A DNA stretch of 64,000 bases from the IMG/VR virus record IMGVR_UViG_3300023179_000082, positions 1 to 64,000 of that record. The stretch is one strand, 5' to 3'. The notes below the pieces were generated by a model, which saw only the letters and a list, made by a program, of their open reading frames with translations, was not told the origin of the DNA and ran no database searches. Both the position numbers and the translations under genes were made by a program. This DNA comes from a virus. Below are positions 40,600 through 49,544 of the stretch, one piece after another (the stretch's first letter is position 1; each line of letters opens with the position of its first letter).

Positions 40600-41417
40600 T
40601 CGAAAAAATCGGTAACACTAAATGTTATAGTTTGATTATATTCGTGTTGGCAACTTACGCATTTAAATCGTAATGGTTTAGATTGACTACTTTCACGCAA
40701 TTCTATATTGTGATCACGTATTGTGTCATACATTTTCTTATCACAGTTTTGTAAAAAATCCAAGATAAAAGGTTGATTTGATACACTAGTTTCAGGTGTT
40801 CTAATATATTCTATATTTTTAGATAGAATTTTTTGTGTTAAGTTGTTCATACGTACTAGCAATTCACTAGCTGCTTTATTCTTAACCTCACCATCCTCAT
40901 AATTTTCTAATTGTGCTAAACCACGTTGTATTTCAAATTGTTCAGCACTAGCATTATTATTATCTTGGTAGGTAGTTGACCTAAACTTGATTGCTAAATC
41001 ACCTACAACTAATTCAGTATTATAGTCACCAACTTGAATAGTGCTTATTAATTTTGAAAGGTTAATACCATAACGATTACTATTTTTACATGCAGGACAA
41101 TTTGTGTCTACGTCCATTTCATCACCGTTAGTGGCTATACGAATTGATATTAATACAGTTTCTAAGTCAGCATTAAGTAATAACCATGGATTTTTAATGG
41201 TTGGTACACAACTTTGAATGATGGAGACTACTGCTGAACCATTATACAAAGCATCAGGTGTACGTGCAGTAATTTCATCATTTGCAGTCATTGGGTATAC
41301 AGGAAGTTCACCTGTTGGTGGTAAATCTACGATTTCTGATGAATATTTGTAGTTGCTAGGTAAACGTATATGTATAGCAGGTCTGCGAAAATACTGCTTA
41401 AGTGGGTTGTTTTCCAT
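40596..41417 (-). CDS. gp26: Baseplate hub assembly protein, gp26-like
   Basis: MENNPL...IRLPS...PMTANDE...D...LISIRIATNG...CPAC...CVSC...FF matches the gp26-like pattern with two CxxC motifs. Start moved to ATG 41417 (GGAG SD upstream), which removes the overlap with the tape-measure gene. Confidence 0.75.
   Translation of the reverse strand: MENNPLKQYFRRPAIHIRLPSNYKYSSEIVDLPPTGELPVYPMTANDEITARTPDALYNGSAVVSIIQSCVPTIKNPWLLLNADLETVLISIRIATNGDEMDVDTNCPACKNSNRYGINLSKLISTIQVGDYNTELVVGDLAIKFRSTTYQDNNNASAEQFEIQRGLAQLENYEDGEVKNKAASELLVRMNNLTQKILSKNIEYIRTPETSVSNQPFILDFLQNCDKKMYDTIRDHNIELRESSQSKPLRFKCVSCQHEYNQTITFSVTDFFE
40602..40608 (-). other. Candidate -1 programmed frameshift slippery site T TTT TTC
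   Basis: Minus strand reads GAT TTT TTC GAA TGA. This is an X XXY YYZ heptamer in the correct phase, and the -1 frame is the gp51-like ORF. Confidence 0.55.
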
Positions 41418-41447
41418 GGTGAAGTTAAATCTCCGTATATATAATTT

Positions 41448-41462
41448 GATAAATATATTTAA
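41448..41462. promoter_or_regulatory. Overlapping opposed late promoter boxes (GATAAATA on +, TTAAATA on -)
   Basis: 41448-41455 (+) precedes the tape measure and 41456-41462 (-) precedes gp26. The centre is the palindrome AAATATATTT. Confidence 0.5.
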
Positions 41463-41486
41463 TCCTAAAAAATTGACATATAAAAA

Positions 41487-44400
41487 ATGGCAGACCAACT
41501 TGATCCTGAATTAATGCGTCAGCTCAATGATAAATTCACTGAGTTATCAAATTCTATTACTACGATTGGCACTATTTCAGCCAAATCAATGAAATCAGTG
41601 GAGGACAATACTCAAAAAGTTGACAAAAATACATCATCTACTGAAGATAATACTAAAGCAACGGATGAAAATACTAGTTCAATCAAGCGTAATACTACTG
41701 CAGTAAACAGTCAGTTAAAGACTACGGAAAAAAATACTCAAGCATCTTCTGATCAAACTGATGTTATTAAAGAAGCTAATAATGCTATAAAAAATCAAGC
41801 ACAAGCGGTTGGTGCTAGTAAAAAAACATTTGATGATTTAACAAAAGCCACTAATCAGCAATTTAAATCATATATGGCAACTGAGGTTGCAAAAGAGCAA
41901 ATAAGTGGTGCATCAGCAAAAGCTCAGCAAGAATTAAATTCTAGACTAAAACTATCAAGCATTGGAATGGAAGTATTCCAAACAGGCGTAGAGGGTGTTA
42001 AGAAAGTTTTTGATGCTGCGATTGATGCGCAAATGAACTATACTAAAGCTTTGTTGCAGGGTACACGTGGTTTAGGTTTGGAAGCGCAGCGTAGAGAAAC
42101 TGAAGGCAAAGCTGTAAACCAAGTTATACGTGATTTTGGCAACTTAAGTATGTCGATTGGTGGATTGATGGTGGCGTTAGGACCGTTTGGTATAATTGGT
42201 CGTATTGTAGGTTTGGTTGGAGTAGGTGTTGGTATTTTGGCACAGTATGAAGCAAAAGCACGAGATTTTGCTTTGGAAGTGGCTACTATTACTGAACAGT
42301 TAAAAGATAAACTGTTTGATACTTTCAAAGATTTAAGTAATTCTGCTTTAACTACTGCAGGAGGTATGACCACATTACGTGCTCAAATGAAGAAGTTTGA
42401 TTTTGCTATGGCTGAAGTTGGTCAATTTGCAGCCGTAATAAAAGGTGCGGGTAAAGAGTTATCACAAATTGGTGGTTCTACAGTTAAAGGTTTAGAAAAC
42501 TTTGTTGAAACTGCTGCAGATTTGTTTGAAAGTCAACTTGGTAAAGAGTTGCAATACATGGGCTTGGATCGTGAAGAACAAATGAAAGGAACATTAAAGT
42601 TCTTAAGTTTACAAGCTAGATTAGGTGTTCAACAAGAAAAAGACATTAAAAAGTTATCACAATCAGCAGGAAAATACATATCAGAATTAGACCAATTAGC
42701 TACGCTAACAGGTATAACACGTCAAGAACAAGAACAAGCACGTGAACAAGTTATGGCAATTGAGGAATTACGTGCTGCTTTAGTGGAAGAAACTGCAAAA
42801 GGTGCTGCTGCAGATAAAGGTCGCTTAAAAGTATTAGAAGATGCCATACAAGTATCTACTGTATTAACTGCAGAAGGCATGAAAGAAGCAGGTGCTTCAT
42901 TAGCTAGAACAGTTGCTGCAGGTGGTGTAACAAGGGCTGAAGATGCTAAATTATTACAAACTGCACCACAATTTTTACAGAATATGATGCAAGGTGTGGG
43001 TAGTGTAACCGACAATTTACAATTATTTGGTAAAGAATCTAAACAAACATTGACACAATTGTCAAGCGCAGTAAAAGTATCAGGTGATATTGGTAAGGAA
43101 ATAGCAGCAGTTGACTACGCAAAATTATTTGATTTCATACCAAAAATAGATAAGATTGCAGAATTACAAAAACAATTCCCTGAGAAAACATTACCACAAA
43201 TCGTAGATGAAATGCGTAAGGTAACCGATCCCGCTACTAAAGCAGTACAAGATTTAATAAATGCTCAAAGAAAAGACGCAATTGCAAAAGAAGAATCAGG
43301 TGGAGGAATAAAAGGGGCAGCGGATTTACTAAAGTCAGGTGCACAAATATTTGGTATAAATGTTGAAAATTTTGGAAAATATGTACGTCAATTATTAGGA
43401 ATAAAAGACACTGCTAAGGTAGAAAAAACTGAAGCAACTAAAAAAGCAGAAGCTAAAGTAGAAGAAAAGAAAAAAATTACTGATATAGCCACTGAAAAAG
43501 CAACTGCTGCATCCATGGCTGAGGATCAAGCTAAGAAAGAATTAGCCGAACTATATAAAAAGGGTGACGTTGCAGGTGTCGAAGCTAAAAAAGTTGAAAT
43601 ACAAAAATTAACTGACGAGCGTATGAAAGCTGAACAAGAAATGATGGTTGCTTCACGTGATCAATCACAAGCTGCTTTAGAAGCTTCAAACCAACGTAAA
43701 AAAGATATACGAGAAGTAAACCAACTTGATGATAAAATAAGATTTTATAAAGATTCAATTAATCTTAACAATATGAAAATTGATTCATTATCAAAAGACC
43801 AAGTTGAATTAAATATAGAACTTAAAAAATCAACGGGATTTGCTAAATTAGAAAATGAAAATCGATTAAAACATCTTACTCGATTAAGAGAATTAGCAGA
43901 AAAAGAAGTAAAAGAAGCAGAAGAAAATATCAAAAAAAGTGAAGAACGTAAAAAAGAACTAGAAAAGAAAACGTCTACCGCTACCCCAACCCCTGCAGCA
44001 TCTTCACAAGAACGTAAAGAATTTGTGGACAAAATGTATGCAACATTACTTGAGCAAGCTAAAAAACAAGGTGTTGCAAATCCTGAAGTTGTTGCTAGAT
44101 TAGGTGTTGCTCAATCTGCTTTAGAAACAGGGTATGGTAAATCCACTGCAGGTGGTCAAAATTATTTTGGTATTAAAGCAGGTAAAGGTCAGCCTAGTGT
44201 CACTGCGGAAACTGAAGAATTTGATGCAGCCAAAGGTGTAATGGTCAAACAACAAGCTGCGTTTAAAAAATATAGTAGCATGGAAGAATCTGCTGCTGAT
44301 TATATTAAATTCTTAAAAGAAAATCAGCGATATAAGGAAGTATTAGCAGCAAAAACACTTGACGAGGCTATTCTAGCACAAAGTATGTCAGGTTATGCTA

Positions 44401-44699
44401 CTGATCCACGTTATGGACAAAAATTAGCAACTATTAACCAAAATATCGCACAAGAGCCAGGAAAAATGTTCGATGGTGGCGTAGTAACTAAACCGTTAAC
44501 AACCACATTACGTGATGGTGGACAAGATGAAGCAGTTATTCCATTGAATAAGTTAGCAGATTTAATACCTATAAAGTCATTAGTTGATGCTATAGAACGT
44601 CAAACAGCAATGTTAACCCAAGGTTTTGAGAACATGACTGACAAATTAGCTGAAAATAATAGCATGGTAAGTGACCAATTATTGTACATGCAGAACTAA
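41487..44699 (+). CDS. Tape measure-like protein with C-terminal GH73 (FlgJ/glucosaminidase) domain
   Basis: Long A/K/Q/E helical body and a hydrophobic segment (GGLMVALGPFGIIGRIVGLVGVGVGIL). Then AQSALETGYG...NYFGIKA...GYATDPRY (GH73 signature) and a terminal GG...EAVIPL motif. Confidence 0.75.
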   Translation: MADQLDPELMRQLNDKFTELSNSITTIGTISAKSMKSVEDNTQKVDKNTSSTEDNTKATDENTSSIKRNTTAVNSQLKTTEKNTQASSDQTDVIKEANNAIKNQAQAVGASKKTFDDLTKATNQQFKSYMATEVAKEQISGASAKAQQELNSRLKLSSIGMEVFQTGVEGVKKVFDAAIDAQMNYTKALLQGTRGLGLEAQRRETEGKAVNQVIRDFGNLSMSIGGLMVALGPFGIIGRIVGLVGVGVGILAQYEAKARDFALEVATITEQLKDKLFDTFKDLSNSALTTAGGMTTLRAQMKKFDFAMAEVGQFAAVIKGAGKELSQIGGSTVKGLENFVETAADLFESQLGKELQYMGLDREEQMKGTLKFLSLQARLGVQQEKDIKKLSQSAGKYISELDQLATLTGITRQEQEQAREQVMAIEELRAALVEETAKGAAADKGRLKVLEDAIQVSTVLTAEGMKEAGASLARTVAAGGVTRAEDAKLLQTAPQFLQNMMQGVGSVTDNLQLFGKESKQTLTQLSSAVKVSGDIGKEIAAVDYAKLFDFIPKIDKIAELQKQFPEKTLPQIVDEMRKVTDPATKAVQDLINAQRKDAIAKEESGGGIKGAADLLKSGAQIFGINVENFGKYVRQLLGIKDTAKVEKTEATKKAEAKVEEKKKITDIATEKATAASMAEDQAKKELAELYKKGDVAGVEAKKVEIQKLTDERMKAEQEMMVASRDQSQAALEASNQRKKDIREVNQLDDKIRFYKDSINLNNMKIDSLSKDQVELNIELKKSTGFAKLENENRLKHLTRLRELAEKEVKEAEENIKKSEERKKELEKKTSTATPTPAASSQERKEFVDKMYATLLEQAKKQGVANPEVVARLGVAQSALETGYGKSTAGGQNYFGIKAGKGQPSVTAETEEFDAAKGVMVKQQAAFKKYSSMEESAADYIKFLKENQRYKEVLAAKTLDEAILAQSMSGYATDPRYGQKLATINQNIAQEPGKMFDGGVVTKPLTTTLRDGGQDEAVIPLNKLADLIPIKSLVDAIERQTAMLTQGFENMTDKLAENNSMVSDQLLYMQN

Positions 44700-44701
44700 A
44701 T

Positions 44702-44709
44702 TATAAATA
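44702..44709 (+). promoter_or_regulatory. T4-type late promoter TATAAATA
   Basis: Exact consensus 4 nt before the portal ATG. Confidence 0.7.
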
Positions 44710-44713
44710 CAAG

Positions 44714-46471
44714 ATGCCATTAAAAAAGAAATTTTCTAATTTTCACGGTTCACTATCTCCTATAAGTGGTGGTAATAGCAATACAGGAGCATGGAATGCA
44801 GGTGCGGGACAAGAACCAACAGGTGCTTGGAACAATGATTTTGCTTTTCGTAATTACCAAAGTCGCTTACCTGAAGTATATACAGGTCATCCAAATCGTA
44901 TAGAACGTTATAATCAATATGAAATGATGGACGTTGATCCTGAAATTAATGCATGTTTGGACATTCTTAGTGAGTTTAGTACACAGATTAATCAACAAAA
45001 TAATACACCATTTGAGTTAATCTTCAATGATGAGCCTACTGATGTAGAAGTAGATTTGTTAAAAAAACAATTACAGCAATGGTGTAAACTAAACGAATTT
45101 GATACTAGAACATTTAAAATATTTCGCAATACAGTAAAGTATGGTGATCAAGTTTTTGTGCGTGATCCTGAAAACTTTAAACTGTATTGGATGGACATGA
45201 CTAAAGTTGTTAAAGTCATTGTTAACGAAACTGAGGGTAAAAAACCTGAGCAGTATGTAATAAAAGATATCAACCCAAACTTACAAAATTTAACTATTGC
45301 TGAAAAAACAACAACTGATTTTCAGGCACAACCACCTACAGCAGGTTATAGTGCGCCATACTCTTATACTGTACCCAATGAACCATATGGTACTACAGGT
45401 ACACGTTTTAGTTTAGGTATTAATGAATTTGCTGTTGATGCTAAGCACATTGTACACCTATCCTTAACTGAAGGATTAGACCGTTATTGGCCTTTTGGAC
45501 AAAGTATATTAGAAAATATCTTTAAAGTATACAAACAGAAAGAATTATTAGAGGATGCGATATTAATTTATCGTGTTCAACGTGCGCCTGAGCGTAGGGT
45601 GTTTAAGATTGATGTAGGTAATATGCCATCACATTTAGCAATGCAGTTTGTTAATCGTATTAAAGATGAGATACATCAACGCAGAATACCTAGTGTGCAT
45701 GGTGGTAGCAATGTGTTAGATGCAACCTATAACCCATTATCAATTAATGAAGATTACTTCTTTCCAACAACTGCTGAGGGACGTGGTAGTAGTGTCGAAG
45801 TACTGCCTGGCGGTCAAAACCTTGGTGAAATTGATGATTTAAAGTATTTTAACAATCGTTTAGCACGTGGTTTGCGAATACCAAGTTCATACTTACCGAC
45901 AGGTCCTGATGATCAAACCACACCATTGAATGATGGTCGTGTTGGTACAGCAATGATTCAAGAGTTTCGTTTTAACAAATACTGTGAACGTTTACAAGGT
46001 TATATTGCAAGAAAGCTAAATGAAGAATTTAAGTTATTCTTGCGTTGGCGTGGTTTTAATATTGATAGTGGTTTATTTGATATTAAGTTAAATGAACCAC
46101 AAAATTTTGCTAGTTATCGACAAGCTGAATTAGATACTGCACGTGTTAACACTTTTAATACTATGGCAGCATTGCCATACATGAGTACACGTTTTTGTTT
46201 AGAACGTTTCTTAGGATTAACACAAGAAGAAATCAAGAAAAATCAAGAATTGTGGCATGAAGAACGTAATAAACCTGATGACATGGAAGCTAAAGGTTCT
46301 GACTTACGTAGTGTTGGTATATCTACAAGTGATATAGAACAAGATTTAGAATCAGCAGAAACCTTAGATGCTGAAGAAAATATGCCACCTGAAGGAGGTG
46401 AAGCTGCTGAAGTTACCGCACCTGTGGGTGGACCTGAAACAGCACCTCAACCCCCACCTGCAGGTACTTAG
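44714..46471 (+). CDS. gp20: Portal vertex protein
   Basis: LLEDAILIYRVQRAPERRVFKIDVGNMP, EDYFFP...GRGSSVEVLPGGQNLGEIDDLKYF and LRIPSS are T4 gp20 signatures. Confidence 0.95.
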   Translation: MPLKKKFSNFHGSLSPISGGNSNTGAWNAGAGQEPTGAWNNDFAFRNYQSRLPEVYTGHPNRIERYNQYEMMDVDPEINACLDILSEFSTQINQQNNTPFELIFNDEPTDVEVDLLKKQLQQWCKLNEFDTRTFKIFRNTVKYGDQVFVRDPENFKLYWMDMTKVVKVIVNETEGKKPEQYVIKDINPNLQNLTIAEKTTTDFQAQPPTAGYSAPYSYTVPNEPYGTTGTRFSLGINEFAVDAKHIVHLSLTEGLDRYWPFGQSILENIFKVYKQKELLEDAILIYRVQRAPERRVFKIDVGNMPSHLAMQFVNRIKDEIHQRRIPSVHGGSNVLDATYNPLSINEDYFFPTTAEGRGSSVEVLPGGQNLGEIDDLKYFNNRLARGLRIPSSYLPTGPDDQTTPLNDGRVGTAMIQEFRFNKYCERLQGYIARKLNEEFKLFLRWRGFNIDSGLFDIKLNEPQNFASYRQAELDTARVNTFNTMAALPYMSTRFCLERFLGLTQEEIKKNQELWHEERNKPDDMEAKGSDLRSVGISTSDIEQDLESAETLDAEENMPPEGGEAAEVTAPVGGPETAPQPPPAGT

Positions 46472-46484
46472 GATAAATAAATTT

Positions 46485-46709
46485 ATGTACTTAATGGAAT
46501 TTTACAACGCTGCGCCTAAAGGAATGCAAGATGTGGAAGATGATCATAGTCAACCACGTTGGGGTGAATCACGTAAAACTAAGGGTTTAACATTAGCAGC
46601 AATCAATAAAATTAGGCGTTTTAAAGAAGTTAGAACATACGAACGTGCTGAAAATTTGAAAAAAATTCGACAACAATATTCACCACCTGCCCCTGAGGGC
46701 GGTCTATAA
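46485..46709 (+). CDS. Small head-module protein (74 aa)
   Basis: MYLMEFY...SRKTKGLTLAAINKIRR...IRQQY. ATG at 46485 is 5 nt after GATAAATA (46472-46479); the longer track ORF overlaps gp20. Confidence 0.65.
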   Translation: MYLMEFYNAAPKGMQDVEDDHSQPRWGESRKTKGLTLAAINKIRRFKEVRTYERAENLKKIRQQYSPPAPEGGL

Positions 46710-46843
46710 TATAGTATAAAATTTTATACTAATCCGTATATTTTCTCCAAAAACGTAAAAAAATAGCACTTTTAGCTATGTTTTTTTAGATATAAGGTAA
46801 ATAAAACTAGCACAAGCCATTTACCTAAAGGAGAATACATTAA

Positions 46844-47686
46844 ATGTCTACAGCAAAATTTGAAAAGCTGATTGATCTTATTATCAATGAGGATCAAGAG
46901 CGAGCAGAACAATTGTTTCACGAGATTGTAGTTGAAAAGTCACGTGAAATTTACGAGAACCTCATGGACGAAGAAGTCAATGAGGATATGTCTACTGATC
47001 TATTAGACGAGATCGAGAATGAAGAAGCAGGAATGCATGGCATGACTGAGGCAGATGAAGAAACAGATGAAATCGAGGATATGGATTTCGATACTGATAC
47101 TGCTGATATGGATGCAGATGCTGCTGACATGGATGCAGACGCAGCGGATATGGAAATGGATGCTGATGTGGGTGATGATGAAGCACCTGCAACAAAGGGT
47201 GACATTCAAGATTTAGAAGATAAGCTAGATGAACTCATGGCTGAATTTGAAGCAATGATGGGTGCAGAAGGTGAGGAAGAAGAGGAAGAGGGTGAGGAAG
47301 AAGAGGAAGAAGGCGAAAGCATGGTTGCTGAAGCTATTGCTCTTAAACAAGTTGGTGGAGCTACCTATGACAAGTTTGCCAAGGGTGGTGATCACGGAGC
47401 TAACACCAAGAGTCCTGCATTGACCAAACCTAAAGTTGTACAAACAGGTGCAGGTCCTGTAAATTTCTCAGGTGGTGGTGATGAGTCAGTCCCAACAAGT
47501 CCTAAGGCAAATACAGGATATTTAAAGCATGGTGGTGATTTAATGAGTGGTGCAAAAAATGCCCCAGGCTCAACCTTCAACGAAAAAGGTGAATCCACAC
47601 CAAAACCTGTAACAAAAGATGCAGCATCTGACAAGCGTAGTCCTGTAGCAGAAAGTAAAAAATCTGTTAAAAAAGTAGTGCGCTAA
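46844..47686 (+). CDS. Acidic prohead core protein (gp67/gp68-like position)
   Basis: Extremely D/E-rich, lies between portal and protease, AGGAG SD, upstream GTAAATA at 46797-46803. Confidence 0.6.
   Translation: MSTAKFEKLIDLIINEDQERAEQLFHEIVVEKSREIYENLMDEEVNEDMSTDLLDEIENEEAGMHGMTEADEETDEIEDMDFDTDTADMDADAADMDADAADMEMDADVGDDEAPATKGDIQDLEDKLDELMAEFEAMMGAEGEEEEEEGEEEEEEGESMVAEAIALKQVGGATYDKFAKGGDHGANTKSPALTKPKVVQTGAGPVNFSGGGDESVPTSPKANTGYLKHGGDLMSGAKNAPGSTFNEKGESTPKPVTKDAASDKRSPVAESKKSVKKVVR
47101..47311 (+). repeat. Coding tandem repeats (21-bp ADMDADA x~3; 21-bp GEEEEEE x2)
   Basis: gctgatatggatgcagatgct-like units at 47101-47163; ggtgaggaagaagaggaagar at 47270-47290 and 47291-47311. Confidence 0.7.
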
Positions 47687-47699
47687 GGATTAAAGCACC

Positions 47700-48344
47700 A
47701 TGGCATATTTGCGTGAACACCTTACCTTTGACAGAGCAGGACTAATTGTCGAGTCTGTCAAAGAGGGTGATGAAAAAACCAAAGCACTTTATATGAAGGG
47801 TATTTTCATACAAGGTGGTGTAAAGAATGCTAATGAGCGTGTATATCCTGTTGATGAAATTGAACGTGCAGTAGAAACACTGAATGGACAAATCACAGAG
47901 GGATACAGTGTACTAGGTGAAGTAGATCATCCTGATGATTTAAAAATTAACTTAGACCGTGTGTCCCATATGATTGTCAACATGTGGATGGATGGACCAA
48001 ATGGTTATGGTAAGTTAAAAATATTACCAACACCTATGGGAAATTTAGTATCTACTATGTTAGAGAGTGGTGTAAAGTTAGGTGTATCAAGTCGTGGTAG
48101 CGGTAATGTCAATGATATGAATGGTCGTGTAAGCGATTTTGAAATTGTAACGGTTGATATTGTTGCACAGCCAAGTGCGCCTAATGCTTATCCAAAGGCT
48201 ATCTATGAGGGTCTAATGAACATGAAAGGTGGTCATCGTGTGCTAGAAAACTTAAAAGGTAGCAAGTTAGATAAGGATGCACAAGTTCAAAAGTATTTAA
48301 AGGAATCAGTTGTTAACCTAATTAAGGAGTTGAAATTAAAATGA
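47700..48344 (+). CDS. gp21: Prohead protease
   Basis: GIFIQG..KNANERVYP, LGEVDHP, LDRVSH, TPMG, GVSSRGSG and DIVAQPSAPNA are gp21/U9 protease motifs. Confidence 0.95.
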   Translation: MAYLREHLTFDRAGLIVESVKEGDEKTKALYMKGIFIQGGVKNANERVYPVDEIERAVETLNGQITEGYSVLGEVDHPDDLKINLDRVSHMIVNMWMDGPNGYGKLKILPTPMGNLVSTMLESGVKLGVSSRGSGNVNDMNGRVSDFEIVTVDIVAQPSAPNAYPKAIYEGLMNMKGGHRVLENLKGSKLDKDAQVQKYLKESVVNLIKELKLK

Positions 48345-48410
48345 TTTCAACTTTACTAATGCCCGTCAGTTCGGGGTTATACGGACTAACCACTATAGGG
48401 GAACATACAA

Positions 48411-49514
48411 ATGTTTGATGCTATTAAGCCATTGCTTGATAACGGCATCATCAATGAGGACACAGGTCGTGCAATTAACGAGGCTTGGGAATCTAAATTG
48501 ATGGAAGCACGTGAGCAAGTACGTGCTGAATTGCGTGAAGAATATGCAAGAAAGTACGAGCATGATAAAAATGTAATGGTTGAAGCCCTAGATAAGATGG
48601 TATCAGAAGGACTCCAAGCTGAAATTTCGGAATTCCATGAAGAGCGTAAAGCAATGAATGAAGACCGTGTTAAAGCTAAAGTTGCATTGCGTGAAAACGC
48701 ACGTAAATTTAATGATTTCATGGTAACTAAGTTAGCAGAAGAAATTAAAGAATTACGTGCTGATCGTCATGCACAAATGGAAGGTCGTGAAAAATTAGAG
48801 CAGTTTGTTGTACATGCATTAGCACGTGAAATTAAGGAATTTGCTGAAGATAAAAAAGCTGTTGTCGAAGCCAAAGTGAAGTTAGTAGCAGAGGCACGCA
48901 CACAGTTAGAAACATTAAAAGCAAAATTCGTAGCAGAAAGTGCTAAGCGTATCAATGAAAGTGTTACTAAACATCTTAAGGGTGAATTAAGTCAGTTGAA
49001 AGAAGACATCAAGGTAGCACGTGAGAATACCTTTGGTCGTCGTTTATTTGAAGCATTTGCTACAGAATTTAGTGCAACGCATCTCAATGAGAAAGCAGAA
49101 ACACGTAAATTATTAGCACAATTAACTTCAAAAGATCAACAATTGGCTGAATCCATTGCTGAAGTAAAGAAAGCTAAAACTTTAGTTGAAAGTAAAGAGC
49201 GTGAAGTTCGCATTATAAAAGAAAGTAACCTACGTGAAAAGACCATGGCAGAATTGCTTGGTACATTAAACGAGGAAAAAGCTGTTGTAATGAAGGGCTT
49301 GCTCGAAAGTGTGCAGACAGGAAAGCTAAAATCTGCATATGATAAGTATCTACCTGCAGTACTTAACCAAGGTGCGGATAAACCCGCTACTAAAAAGCAA
49401 ATGATTGCTGAAAGTGTTGAAGTAACAGGTGATAAATCTGCCGTTAAGAAAGATGTTGAAGTCGAGGAAGAACGTGATAACGTGATTGCGATCAAACGTT
49501 TGGCAGGGCTTTAA
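48411..49514 (+). CDS. gp22: Prohead scaffolding/core protein
   Basis: Charged coiled-coil protein between protease and capsid, with many x-x-E-S potential cleavage sites. Confidence 0.75.
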   Translation: MFDAIKPLLDNGIINEDTGRAINEAWESKLMEAREQVRAELREEYARKYEHDKNVMVEALDKMVSEGLQAEISEFHEERKAMNEDRVKAKVALRENARKFNDFMVTKLAEEIKELRADRHAQMEGREKLEQFVVHALAREIKEFAEDKKAVVEAKVKLVAEARTQLETLKAKFVAESAKRINESVTKHLKGELSQLKEDIKVARENTFGRRLFEAFATEFSATHLNEKAETRKLLAQLTSKDQQLAESIAEVKKAKTLVESKEREVRIIKESNLREKTMAELLGTLNEEKAVVMKGLLESVQTGKLKSAYDKYLPAVLNQGADKPATKKQMIAESVEVTGDKSAVKKDVEVEEERDNVIAIKRLAGL

Positions 49515-49544
49515 TTTGACATATATACAGGAGATAAAATAGAA

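Noticed and set aside
47700-49514. gp21-gp22 read-through fusion (same reading frame)
   Set aside because: Four in-frame stops (TGA, TAA, TAA, TAG) separate them.
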